The position numbers were made by a program, and so were the translations under genes. The notes under the pieces are model-generated. The model searched no databases. It was given only the letters and a program-made list of their open reading frames with translations, and was not told the origin of the DNA. Of a DNA stretch of 64,000 nt, positions 1 to 13,563 are shown piece by piece (position 1 is the stretch's first letter; each line of letters starts with the position of its first letter). The DNA is from Octopus sinensis (lineage: Eukaryota): contig NC_043008.1 in NCBI RefSeq assembly GCF_006345805.1, positions 49,972,001 through 50,036,000 on the forward strand, given 5' to 3'.

Positions 1-682
1 TAGGTTATAGGCCCACCTATCCATGCTTGGCTAGTTGTATTTTGAACAAGGTACTCTCATGATCAGATGATTAATAGCTCTGACCCCTTGTACCCTGGTG
101 GAATTGGAACTCAGAATGTGAAACACTGGCACCCAACACTAGCCATTCTTCCAATCCACGACAATGGACTGGCACTTTATCTATCAGCCCTGATATTATC
201 TAAGGGAAAGGTAAAAGATGATACAGCTTGGCACCAGTGATGTCGCAACTCATTTCTACAGCTGAGTGAACTGGAGCAACATGAAATAAAGTGTCTTGCT
301 CAAGAACACAACACACGGCCCAGTCCAGGAATTGAACTCACAACGCTCTAACCGCTGAGCCATGCAACTTCATGAGAGTTACAGAACAACAACAATACCC
401 CCCCCCCTATATTTCAATAAGAGACCAGTTTGATAATGACAGAATAACCAGCTTGAGGAATGGACAAATGTTAATATGGTTGGATTTTTGTTGTTTTTCT
501 GTTGTTTTGTGTTATTTTCAACTTGAGTTTTTACATACCACAAAAAAAAAATTTATATACATACCACTTTGAATAATTTACTCAAGGACTCTGGCATACT
601 GGTTTTCTGAAATGCAGTGAATAATAATAATAATAATGATAATAATAATAATAACAACAACAACAACAGCAACAGCAACAGC

Positions 683-713
<31 letters not shown>

Positions 714-1243
714 CCACCACCACCACCAGGACTTACAAATATATACAACATACAAAAAATTGCACTACTGGGCACTGCACACATCCTACGCAAAACACTT
801 TCAATACCATAAGAGATTAACAGCTAACAACAGCACATACCCAAGGCACCCAGAGCTGCGCTCGGTAGTGAAGTGAAAGCAAGATATAAAAATAGAACTA
901 CTGAATAATAATAATAATAACAACAACAACAACAACAACAATAATAACAATAATAATAATAATAACAAAAACAATAACATCAACAACAGTGCATCTGGCA
1001 CAATACCCAAAATGCCATCTGAAAGACAGAAAGAAAATGGAACTGAAACTTTCACTGTCAACCTGCAGAAAAGTACCATCTTATATTCTGTAAGAAACTG
1101 GAGAAAAATTCTTGAGATTTGAAGAGACTTTATTGTCGTCAAACTCAAGATAAACTACCTGCTGATTAAATTTGCATGCATTTGAACAACAACAACAATA
1201 ACAATAATAACAACAACAACAACAATAACAATAATGATAATAA

Positions 1244-1830
1244 TAAATGCCCTGATACAGTACCAGGCAGTGGCTCTCATGGCTGCTGATCTTAACTGAT
1301 TGGAAGTGTTATCATGTACATTGTTTTGTCTTGGTATAAAAGATGGGCTACAGCAAATATTCTGCTCAATACCACAGATTTGCTTGTCAGTTGTTTGACC
1401 GTAACCAGTTGAGCATGTCCCTTAGTGGCTGACTATTTGTGCATCTCTGATCATGAGCAAAAGTAGTGGGGGAGCATCATAGCCATGTGTTGAGAGGGAT
1501 TCTTTGGGGTTTGAATAATTCACCTTTGGAAACAGGGGTATTTCATTCAACATCCTTAAACAATCCTTATTTAGGGACCTTTTGAGCAGGATGGGCTACT
1601 TGACCAGAAGAAAATTTTAACTGGGTCCCACCTGCAAGGTCATGCGCTGTTTATCTTGATATGAGATCACCATGTCGCGCACATATGGTTGTGATGTATG
1701 TGCCTGGTGTACCCTTATCAGACGGGTAGTCATGATGGGTATACTGGGCTTCGTATATTTTACCCCAGTGTCACTTTGATGGCATGCACTGCTCTCTCAC
1801 TCACTCAATAATAATAATAATAATAATTAT
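1244..1830 (+). mobile_element. About 570-bp interspersed repeat with (AAT)n tail (non-autonomous retroelement-like)
   Basis: High-identity inverted copy at 54513-55061. Confidence 0.85.
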
Positions 1831-2198
1831 ACAGAAGACATCACTTCTGGTATAGCAAGGATTTTAAGGAAAGCCATGAGAATGTAAAGCACAAGGACCC
1901 ATTGTCGACTTCTCGCTGACTGCTCCCTAGTGGAAATGTCTGGACCATTTAGCTTCTAAGTATCTGAGATTTACAAAACTGACAATGACAATCCTTTCTA
2001 TTACAGGGACAGGGCCTGAAATTTTAGGGGAAGGGACTATTCAATGACATCAACCTCAGGGTCCAACCAGTCCTTATTTCATTAATCCTGAAATGATGAA
2101 AAGCAAAGTCAACCTCAGTGAGATTTGAACTCAGAACCCTGATGAACTGTTGTTTAGTATTCGGTCCAGTGTGCTAACGATTCTGCCAGCTCAATACC

Positions 2199-2236
<38 letters not shown>

Positions 2237-2797
2237 AATAATAATTAAAATAATAATAATGATGATGATGAAGATTCTAATTTTGGCACAAGGCCAGCAG
2301 TTTTAGGGAGAGAGTGATGGTCAATTACATTGATCCCCCCCCCCCAGTATTTGACTGATACTTATTTCATTGGCCCTGGAGGGCTGAAAGGCAAAAATCA
2401 ACTTCAATAGCATTTGAACTTACAATGTAAATGACTGAAAAATAATATGAAACAAAAAACATGGAGAAGAAAGCTAAATATTATGTAAAAAAAAATTAAT
2501 AAGAATTAATTTGATTTCGATATAATGACATCATAATGACAAGGCAGTTAATGAGAAAACCAGATTCATTCATTTCAATTACTGTTAGAAATGATAGTCA
2601 CACACACACATACATACAAACACACTTTGCAAATTAGTAAATCAAACATAAGCATTACAAGGGTTTTTTTTTTCCTTTCATTTTATAAAATCTAAATGTC
2701 ACATGAAATATAAACATTATATTCGCTACCACTCCTCTTTGGATATAAAAACAGAAATTTCATTTTACTCAATATGCTGGCATAAAATCATGCAGAA

Positions 2798-2850
2798 CGA
2801 TGATGATGGTGATGATGGTGATGGTGGTGATGATGGTGGTGGTGGTGATG

Positions 2851-2908
<58 letters not shown>
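2798..2908. repeat. (GAT/GGT)n microsatellite
   Basis: Directly visible. Confidence 0.95.
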
Positions 2909-2909
<1 letters not shown>

Positions 2910-4928
2910 TATCTTTATATCACTCGGCAAAGTCGAATATCATTGCCCCGGGTCATATATTGTTTCCTGATAAACTGAAGATTAAAGGAAACACCACGAG
3001 TGAATATAAGAGCTAAGGCATTAGATATAGGTCAGTGGGTGTTGATGTGTATTAATGAAATAATATTTTACTCAAAAACTGGAAGAAAAAAAAAAACACG
3101 TGGGTGAGAAAAGAAAAGGAAGAAAAAGGATAACACTTGACTAACAAAGTACTTTAGTTTTCATTTCCTCCGTTAAACAGCAAACATGGGAGACAACTCT
3201 GGCTGTATTATTTGCATTTCCTTAACTTCAGCTCCCACTCACAAATCACGTTCAATGTGATTACTCAACCTGCTAGAAATAGTAACCAAATGTCCCTAAA
3301 ATCACACTCTTATATCTTAGGGAAAAAAAGGCAAGTTAGATAATACTGTCTCACATTAAAAAAAAATCATTTCTCCAGCATGGCCCCAGGCTCTGGCTAA
3401 AACCAGTAAAAGAATAAAAGAATAATTCTGCTTTTTAGTGAAAATAAATATGCATCCTCTTTGTAGCTTACTGTTTTTTTATCTTTTACTTGTTTCAGTC
3501 ATTTGACTTCAGCCATAATGGAGCTCCACCTTGAAGGGTTTTAGTTGAACAAACCAGTCCTAGTACTTCGTTTTTGAAGTACGGTGTAAAGAAACTGCAC
3601 CGAGAACAGTGTTACTTAAAAGCTCTTTTTCTTTTGTAAATACAGTAAGATATGATTTGAGGAGAAATTTGACAGCTATGTCACCCAGTTAACGTCTACC
3701 AACTGCCCCTTGGGTGCATTTAGCTGAGTCCTCTATATTGCAGTCTTTCTCCCTAATAATCTTAGAGGCCCTTCACCAATAAGTCATGGGTGTGATCCTT
3801 TCTCAACCAAATTTTATAAAACAAACTTAAACTAACAACAGTAACACCTAATACACCAGAACACACGTTCCAGTCCCCTGTACTCCTTCCTCAGATACAT
3901 ATCTTCACTTAGTGTCTAATATAGAGAACAGAAAACACTCAAAGTTTCGCTATGTTAGTGCTAAATGGTGGTGGTGGTGGAACATCAAATAAAATGCCTT
4001 GCAGTATTCCTCTGAGCTTCAAGTTCAACCCTTGACCACGTCGACATTTCCTTCTATCATTTTTTAGTCCAATGCCAAGTCAATTCTTCTTTCTAAGAAG
4101 GCAAAGAAGAGATCAGTCATGTTCAAATCTAGGGAGTCTCAAACTACCCTAGACATACATTCTTTCGTGGTAATGTCCCTACAACATCAGGAGTTGAGGG
4201 TCCAAGGAAGGATATTAGTATTAATATATTTAACATATGGAGCATTGTTTTTAAATCATGTCAACATGCACAGTAGACAACACAAGACAGGTTCCAGTCT
4301 TATCATGACCTCATCAGCAAAGCCTTGTTCTCTTATCCTTGCTCAAACAGTATTTATCCCATAAAGACACTACTTGCTACAGAGCCCTTCACTAACCACT
4401 TTTCCCATGATCCTTCTTTTGCATGATGCCAACTTTCTGCAACTTCCCTCCTGCCCATTTTAAAAATATTTTTGTCCCCTCTGCACTTGACTTAGAGATA
4501 TTTAAGTTTTTGGAAAGATAATGAAGAATGTTTGCATTATAAGTTTGCACAATATACTTTGTCAACTTGAATGTCAGAAAATATGGTGAAAATAAAACAA
4601 GACAAAAAAAAGAAGAAGAAAAAAATACATTTCAATTCATTTATCAAATCAGAAGGGAAAAACTCTAAATATTCAATACTGCTCATAGATTGATAAAGAA
4701 AAGTAAAATTATTTGCTTCTTTTTATTATTTCCTTCTCACTCAGCTTCTATTGGTGATGAAGCAGGACCTGTTTGTCAGCCAAGCAGACTGAGGCAAGCC
4801 AAAATACAGTATAGCAACAGCACTGCAATAAAGTATAGAAATCACAACCATTCTCCCCAAAGTCTAGCACTCTAAACTGACACTCACTATATCTATCTAG
4901 ACAAGACTGTAGACTTATCTAGATAGAT

Positions 4929-4974
<46 letters not shown>

Positions 4975-4996
4975 TATATATATATTATATATATAT

Positions 4997-5051
<55 letters not shown>

Positions 5052-5057
5052 TTTGTA

Positions 5058-5352
5058 GAGGCGCAATGGCCCAGTGGTTAGGGCAGCAGAGTTGCGGTTG
5101 TAGGATCGCGGTTTCAATTTCCAGATCGGGCGTTGTGAGTGTTTATTGAGCGAAAACACCTAAAGCTCCACGAGGGTCCGGCAGGGGATGGTGGTGATCC
5201 CTGCTGTACTCTTTCACCACAACTTTCTTTTGTTGGCCTGCTTCACTTAGCCAGTGAGTCGGCGTCACTTGATGGCTAAAACAATGCAAAGCACATTGTG
5301 ACCATGGATGTGTAGCAACATCTGATAGCCTGGTCGGTCACGGTGATATATA
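5058..5352 (+). mobile_element. tRNA-head SINE family R next to (TA)n
   Basis: ggcgcaatggcccagtggttagggcagc head; related head at 42315; 3' half inverted at 32505-32617. Confidence 0.8.
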
Positions 5353-6176
5353 TCATTGACAGTAAGATTTGGCAAGTGGCCAACAGCCACTGAGGAAGCG
5401 CAGTGCACTGAAATCATGTGATCTGTCTGTTCCAATGCCCATGCCAGACGGTTCTCATCTGCTAACACTCTATGTCTATGATCTTAGCAAAGTACATCTG
5501 CAAAAGAGGGTCTCTCAAGGCAAATACCACAGTAGTTAACAGCCTAACACGACATTCACATTGAGTAGGAGATAAAGATTGCCATTTAGTATTACTATTG
5601 GTATTACTTCCATCACTGACATTTATGTGGCTGAGTATTCCATAGATAAAATTTTCAGGTAGAGTATACACAACACAAGGGACAAGGCTGGAATTTCGAA
5701 TTATGTGTATACAACTGTACAACAGGCTTCTACACAATCTCTGTCAATCTGATTTCACACATAAGAGTTGAGTCAATCAAATGTTTGTAAGAAAAGAAAA
5801 AAAAAAAAAGAAACACTTGCCCAAGATATCAACCATGCTTGATCTCCAAACCTGATTCTGAAATGAGTTCCTTAATTACTCAACCGTAACTGCATCCACA
5901 ACACAGACACACATAATATCCACATAATACAGAGAAGATATTCAGAGCATCTCAAAGATTGCATCAAAATCTCCAAGAAACCACATTTTCCCATCCATGG
6001 GGAGGTGGGGAAGAGGGAGGGAGGGAGAGGGAAGTCGGATAGGATAGTATAATATACGTTATTCCTGAAACAAAGAAAAAGTAAAGATGGAGTTACCACG
6101 GTTGGATTGCCTTGTGATTATGGCTCAGCTCAGCCACAGCTGACCGGAGACTGAAACAACAACACAAACACACGAT

Positions 6177-6700
6177 ACACTGACCTGGAGCTACACAACA
6201 ATAAAACCAATGACTTGTGTGTCGTAGGATTGCTGGATCAGGACAAACCTGGGTCTACACGAGAACTACCTGACGTAGAGGATCAATGGATCGTGACTGA
6301 CCGAGGGTTATACAACAACAACTACCTTGCTAGATCAGGAACTTACCTGGGGCTACACTACAACAACAAAACCTGTGTGCCACAGGACAAGTGGATCAGG
6401 ATTGACCTGGGGCTATACAACAAACAACAACAACAATAATTATCTTGCTGGATCAGGACTGACCTAGGGCTACACGAGAACTACCTGACATAGAGGATCA
6501 ATGGATCATGACTGACCGAGGGTTACACAACAACAACTAACTTGCTAGATCAGGAACATACCTGGGGCTACACTACAACAATAAAACCTGTGTGCCACAG
6601 GACAAGTGGATCAGGATTGACCTGGGGCTATACAACAAACAACAACAACAACAACAATGATAATTATCTTGCTGGATCAGGACTGACCTAGGGCTACACA
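6177..6700. repeat. Higher-order tandem repeat: 50-60-bp subunits in a 215/224-bp four-subunit unit
   Basis: tgctggatcagga at 6231, 6446 and 6670; subunit gatcagga.tgacctggggcta.ac(aac)n. Confidence 0.9.
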
Positions 6701-8333
6701 GCAACATCATCTACCTGTGTACTACAGATCAAATTGATGAGGGCTCATTTTGAGGGGTTACACAATAATAACCATCTGCTCTCCCGTCACCCTTTTACAG
6801 AATTTAAAATAAGGATTTCCACCATTAACATGTAAAGGGGACAGTGCCCCCAATCAGTTGGTTGCAGAGCCCCCAAACCAAACAAACTTGTGATCAAAGA
6901 CAGTCTATCCCTGAACACCACATCTGATATATGAAAGATTACACTGTCCAACAGTAAAGCATACAACTTGAGGGATATTTGACTGTTGTTTTCAGTAAGT
7001 TGAGTATCTGCAAAGAGGGACCATTGTTTTGCTCATTAGCAGTCTCTTGTCCACTATCGTTAGAGAACTTACAATAAAATTATTATTGCTAGCACCAACC
7101 ACAGGGTTTGAAAATTTTGGCAGGTGGTGTGGGGTCACTTAGATCATCCCCAGTACTTGACTGCTACTTTATAGTATGGGCTCCTCCGAAAGGATCAAAT
7201 GCTAAGTTGACCTCGGCAAGTTCTGAACTCAGTGTAGAGAAGTTTAACTAAGCACTACAAAAGAGTTTATTTGACACTAACAACCCTGCTAGCTCACTGC
7301 CATAGTAATAATAATAATCTTTTCTACTAGAGGCACAAGGCCTGGAATTTGGCGGGAGGGGACCAGTCAATCACATCGACCCCAGTCCACAACTGGTACT
7401 TAATTTATCGACTCCAAAAGGTTGAAGGGCAAAGTCGACCCCGGCAGCATTTGAACTCAGAACACGAAGACAGACAAAATACTGCTAAGCATTTTGCTCA
7501 GCGTGCTAACGACTCTGCCAACTTGCTGCCATGATAATAATAATAATAATAATAAAATAATAATAATAATCATCATCATCATCATTTAACGTCCACTTTC
7601 CATGCTAGCATGGGTTGGACGGTTCAACTGGGGTCTAAGGAGCCCGAAGGCTGCACCAGGCCAGTCAGATCGGGCAGTGTTTCTACAGCTGGATGCCCTT
7701 CCTAACGCCAACCACTCCGAGAGTGTAGTGGGTGATTTTATGTGCCACCGACACAGTGCCAGACGAGGCTGGCAGACGGCCACGCTCGGATGGTGTTTTT
7801 ATGTGCCACCGACACAGGTGCCAGATGAGGCTGGCGAACGGCCACGATCGGATGGTGTTTGTTACGTGCCCACAGCACGGAGGCCAGTCGATGCGGCACT
7901 GGCTACGGCCACGTTCGGATGGTTTTCTTGTATGCCACCGGCACTGGTACCACAAAGATACAAATTCCATTGATGTTCATCTATTTTGATTTGATTTGAT
8001 TTTGATTTTGATTTTGATTTTGATTTTCACTTCAAAATAATAATAATAATAACTCTTTCTACTAAAGGCACAAGGTCTGAAATTTTAGGGGAGGGGACCA
8101 GTTGATTATGTCAACCCCAGTGTTTCACTGGTACTTAATTTATCAACCCCAAAAGGATGAAAGGCAAAGTCAACCTCGGCAGAATGTGAAAATGGACAAC
8201 ATTGAGGTGACACACAGACACACAACGTGAAATTGAAGACCTACCAAAGCCAATGGAGGACAGAGATACACGACACGACGAGATGAGGCATATCTGGGTT
8301 GAAGCTGCCCGAAGAAGAAGAAGAACATTTAAT

Positions 8334-8505
8334 ATAACTGACCAGTGGAGAAACTATGTTGGGGTGGTCACTGTGGTATTGGTGTATATTTCGTATAAAC
8401 TGGCCAGAGGTAAATTGTCGGGGTGGTGGTGGTGGTGGTCAGTATAGATAACTGACCAGAGGTAAATTATGTGGTGATGGTCACTATGGTATGGGTATAT
8501 ATTCA
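8334..8505. repeat. Degenerate minisatellite of about 57 bp, 3 copies
   Basis: (a)taactg(a/g)ccag(a/t)gg..aaa.t...t.g...g.tggt.. at about 8334, 8394 and 8448. Confidence 0.7.
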
Positions 8506-8784
8506 AATTATTGATTTGCTAACAACAATAAACCAAGTCCAAGAATCAACAACAAAACACAGAACATAACACATATGCTAAGAATACATTAGAGAAAGGT
8601 ATGAATGTCACAACCTCTCATTTTCTCTATATTACCAAAAAATCTGAGGCATAATTCTTAAATTAAAAAACAGTAATTTAATGACCAACACAAATGATTA
8701 ATTTAGACTGATGAAGCTTTAAAAGCGACATCATGCACAATAATTTTAGTGATGCCATTCTTACAATTCACATTAAATCTTTAA

Positions 8785-9006
8785 CCCTTTTGATACCAAC
8801 CTGGCTGAATCCGGCTCTGGCTCTGTAGTACAAATGTCTTGTTTTCATAAGTTTTGAATTAAAATCTTCCACCAAACCTTAGTCACAATTTATGTTCCTA
8901 GCACTAGCTCAATGATAACTAAGTTATCTTACTAAATTCTTTTTTATATTTAAGATGAATTGAAAGAATCACAGAGCCTCTCAAAAGAAATACGGTAATG
9001 AAAGGG
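8785..9006. mobile_element. piggyBac-type MITE
   Basis: TTAA-CCCTTT...AAAGGG-TTAA; second copy at 26227-26453; related elements near 25020-25237, 48200-48430 and 53426-53652. Confidence 0.8.
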
Positions 9007-9280
9007 TTAAAGATACAGATTTATTTCACACTTTTAGTTTTCGTAAGACATCCGGCGGATCAGAGCTTAAAAAGTGGACAATATTCCCCTCTCCCATCCT
9101 CACACATACACACGTTCACACTATAAAACAGCATTGCTCTTAACACTGCCAAACCTTCAAACAACAAAAGAGCTGTGATGAATGAATTTGCATCAGCAGA
9201 AGGCTTTGGAAGCCAAACATTATTATAATGTTCTTGGCAAAGAAGTCATGCCAGCTTTATAAGCATTTTGCTATATTTAC

Positions 9281-9322
9281 CGTTGAATATGTATGGACTT
9301 TGAAATAGAATTGTTTTCGAAA
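9281..9322 (-). CDS. Candidate next linker exon (42 nt): FRKQFYFKVHTYST
   Basis: Acceptor tctttgtatttacag, donor ACG|gtaaat; phase 0 to 0; no homology support. Confidence 0.35.
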
Positions 9323-12024
9323 CTGTAAATACAAAGAATTAGGTGTTTACAGTGAAAATAGGTTTTTGTGAGTGACAATATCATTGCCTTACATTAAACA
9401 GTGTTGTGTTAGCTTAAGAAGGAAGTCAAAACTAGTGACATGGAAACGGAATCACAAAACAGTGTGTTAATGATAAAACCTATTTAAGACCATCCCTGGT
9501 TCTATGACATAAACTTCCTGCTTTAATATGTTCTAAATTAAAACCTTCCATCAAAATTGTATGTTAATTTATGTTCTAAACACCAGCTTAATAATGATAA
9601 AGTAATTTTACCAATTTTTTTTTTGTTATTATGAAAATTAATTGAAAGAAAGGCAGAGTATTTCAACAGAAAAAAATCAACAAACGAGTTAAGTTAATGA
9701 TAACAAAGACATCATATATGCCAATTTGAGACAGAAAAAGAACAACAGACCCACATTTAAAAAATTTTTTTTAGTTGGTCTGTTATAAAAGGTGACTAAG
9801 GCAAAAGTGGTTGAATGATGGATGACACTGAAAAGACTGAAGACTTTTTACTCTTTGGTAAAGTCCTCACTGAAAGCTGGGGGTGGTGGAATGTGAGGTG
9901 CTTTTCTCTAACGAATTTATTAAAATATGGGTAACAATGTGTCAGGACAACATGCCATACAAAGATGCTTAGCAGTATCTCTTCCAGCTCTTTAATTCAA
10001 CTTGGACTTTTATCTTTTCAGGAATGATAAAATGCAGTACCAGTCAAATATTGGGGTCTATGTCATTGACTAAAACCCTCCTCTCAGAGGCCTTGTACCT
10101 AAATCGTTATTATTATTGTTATCTCTTCATTGTAGTAAACATAGAGATACAATGATCATTTTGCAAACATGTCTGCTTTCATCCAAAAAGCATGGAAATA
10201 GAACTTTTAGGAAATTTTTAGTTCAAAACCCACCAAGGGCGACTCTTGCCTTTCATCCTTCCTGGGTTAATAAAATGAAATAACCATTTTTATTGTTGTT
10301 TAGTTCCTCAGTTAAGCTCTGAATCAAGCAGATCCATAATCAAAAATGGTTTCAACCATGACCACCAACACAATTTAGTGTAAGACTGCATTACACAATT
10401 TATGAGTTAATTTTTTCGTTATCAGCAAAGGAAGCAGCATTAGTTCAAATCAGCAACCTGTATAGCATACTTAAAGCATACATACTGTTGAAAGCCTGCA
10501 TAACTCCAATATTTGTCTCAAGAAAGCATCTCTTACAGATGTGTAGAGTTAAAGACACAGAAATATATCAGCTGCAAGAGAAGATCACCCAGCAGCGATA
10601 ATGGCATTGTTAGATCCAGATTTCTGGGGTTTTTGTAGCTTCATCAGTAGCAAATTTCCATTGCCACTATATGCCAAGTGAACATTAGCTGTTAGCTAAT
10701 ATAGTTAAGAATGTGAGTTGTAATCTGAGGGAAATTTGGTTACTATTTCCAGCAGATCAAGCAACCATGTAGAAGAAGCCTTGATAAAGTACCAGTAAAT
10801 TAATCAACTACGACCCATCCTCAAATTAATAATGCTTGTACCTGTGTAAAAAAGCATTATAAGCATCTGGAATGCCATCAGGCCCACATCACCCTCTATC
10901 AGTCGGGTAATGTGGTCAGCAGAAGGTCTATGTTAGCAATATTTAGAGATTTAAAGGTGGATAAGAGCAATGACATTCTTAGGAAAATTTTAGGCATTGA
11001 CAAGAGCAAACTAGCTGATCAATTTCAGAGGACTTTCAGGCTAGAGACTAACATGGTTAACTTCCAGAAATCCCTGATCTGGACTGGCAAGGCTATTGAA
11101 GAGCACTGATGATTCAAGGTAAACCCTACAGGCACAGAAGTATCACCAGGCAAGATACAAAGCAACTTCACTAGTCCACTCTATAAAGTAGTTGTTGAAT
11201 AAACAGAAATAATAACATAATGTAGAGAGGATTCTTTAGCTGTGCAGAAGACATGACAAGCTCTCTGGTAATGGTGCCACAATAAAATACACCTTGTACC
11301 CTCTGTAAAGGGGTTGATGTTAGGATGGACATCTAGCCATAGAAACACTGCCAGAAATGGAACATATGGGCAAGATGTGGTTTCTGACAGATCTAGGTGG
11401 GGTGTAATAACTTTATAAAACTAATTTGGACCATGATAACCTACCCAGACCAAGCCAGTGTGGAAACCAGGAAGATAATAATGACAAGGATGAAGGTAAT
11501 TCTAATGTTTATAGTATTTCATGGAAGTATAGCTATACTTTTTTTTTTATGATAATACAGGAATTAGAAACCCTTTACTTAAATGAAGATCTAACATCAG
11601 AACAGATAATCTCTCACTCTTTGAATATGTAATGTAATAGCTGCATATGAACATAGAACTGTGTGTATTTTGAATGCATTGAAATAGCAGAAAGTGTTAG
11701 AAATTTCCTGTAAAGAATATAGACAGTACAACATGAAGGATGAAAAATATTAACAGAGAAATCTGGGAAAGGTAATAATTATAGGAAGGTTTCCTTCTAA
11801 AAATCACAAAAAAAAAAGTTGGAGATTTCTTTTTATTTGCGATCTAAAAATCAAAAATGACCATAAGGAAATGATCCTTTTCTGGAACAGTGAATCTTGA
11901 AGCAGTTAAAGAATAAATATTAGATTAAAAACCTCTTTGGTTAGAAAAAAACCAAAGACTGATTTGTCTTTGTAAAAAAAAAAAAGGATAAAATTCTAAG
12001 AAAAATTGAAAACTATTTACTAAC

Positions 12025-12107
12025 CTTGAAAACAAATGGTACATCTTCAACAATACTTTCCTTTCTCTGTTTGGCAGCAAGATCTCGGTAAAAGAGATCA
12101 CCATCCA
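12025..12107 (-). CDS. CLCN2: CLC linker exon p (83 nt): (M)[27 protein letters not shown]
   Basis: Acceptor tgtacttttag, donor AAG|gttagt; phase 1 to 0, completing the split codon A|TG from exon o. Confidence 0.85.
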
Positions 12108-13518
12108 CTAAAAGTACATAAAAATAAAATGAAGAATGTTGGAAAAGAGATACAGACAACAAAAAAAAGAAATTTCTGAAGATTAAATACCCAAATGGGC
12201 ACAAAGCTACCATTCCTAATTAAAATAACCCTTGTTAGTCTCTGCATCATTCCTATCTATCTTCTCCAAGAGAATTGGTATCATTCATAATGAACTATAT
12301 AGGGAAAGAGAGATAAAGTAGAAATTAAGTACCAACCTCCTAAGACAGCCCCTAGTTCTTAGATAGAAATTCCTTTTAAGACTATCTAAATTAAAACCTT
12401 CCACCAAAATTTCATGTTTGTTTATGTTCCAAACACTAGCTTCTAAATTATTTTAATTAAATTCTTTAAACAAAGGCAGTGTGTCATATTAGAAATATGA
12501 TAATGAAATGGCTAAAAGCTATAGCAAGTGAGCTCAGTCTAAAGTGCAATTTTGATTCCTGGATGTAACTATTTCACTTCACCTTATAAGTTCCTCTAAT
12601 TTTTACAGCTTCACATCTATCTTTCCATATTTACAATGGAGGGAATGGTTTATTTGTTGAATCATTTGTTTCTATAGTGAATAACTCTTCTGATTGTTAA
12701 TTTCTTAACTACAAAGTGGGACTGAACCTGCAACCATTTGGTTGGGAAGCCAACTTCTTACCACACAGCCACATACACACACACAAAAAAAACAAAAACA
12801 AAAAACAGAATTCTGTATGGTACGATTTGTGGGTACTTACTTCTAAGATCTCCTGTACTGGCTCTTCGACTGAGGAATGGTGATTCAGAATTGGTTTTCT
12901 TTAGAATTGACCTCAATGGCAACTGGAGCGTGTCATAATGGTAGTCTGTGTCATCTTTCAGATTTAGCTAGAACCAAAAGTTTGATTTATTAAAATATCA
13001 CAACAAAACTGCTAATTTAGTGGAAATAATAGTAGTAGTAGTAGGAGGAGGAGGAGTGATAATAATAATAATCCTTTCTATTATAGGCACAAGGCCTGAA
13101 ATTTGGGAAGAAGGGACTAGTTGATTACATCGACCCTAGTGTGTAACTGATACTTATTCCAATGACCCCGAAAGGATGAAAAGCAAAGTTGACCTCAGCA
13201 GAATTTGAACTCAGAATGTAAAGACGGACAAAATGCAGCTCAGCATTTTGTCCAGCGTGCTAACGATTCTGCCAGCTCACTGCCTTGAAGAGGGTGATAA
13301 TAATTTTTTCTACTATAGAGAGAAGGCCTGAAATTTGAGGTAGGAAAGAGTAAGCCAATTACATCAACCCCTGCACTCGACTAGTACTTGTTTTATCAAC
13401 CCCAAGAGGATGAAAGGCAAAATATCGATCTCAAGAGAATTTGAACTCAAAACATAACCAGTCAGAAAAATGTTAAGCATTTTGTTTGATACTCAGGTAA
13501 TTCTACCAGCTTGCCACC

Positions 13519-13563
<45 letters not shown>

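Noticed and set aside
4270-4325. CTGATGA..GGAAC..GTC on minus strand
   Set aside because: GGAA instead of GAAA and no stem I
5058-5140. tRNA genes (also about 35880-35960, 42315-42385, 28845-28920)
   Set aside because: tRNA-like A/B boxes continue into SINE bodies and lack a complete cloverleaf acceptor stem
6215-6439. Coding-looking ORF with internal repeats
   Set aside because: Translation of one higher-order repeat unit; the second unit has in-frame stops
10912-11109. 65-aa ORF with plausible composition
   Set aside because: No recognisable domain or splice context; cannot be supported without a search
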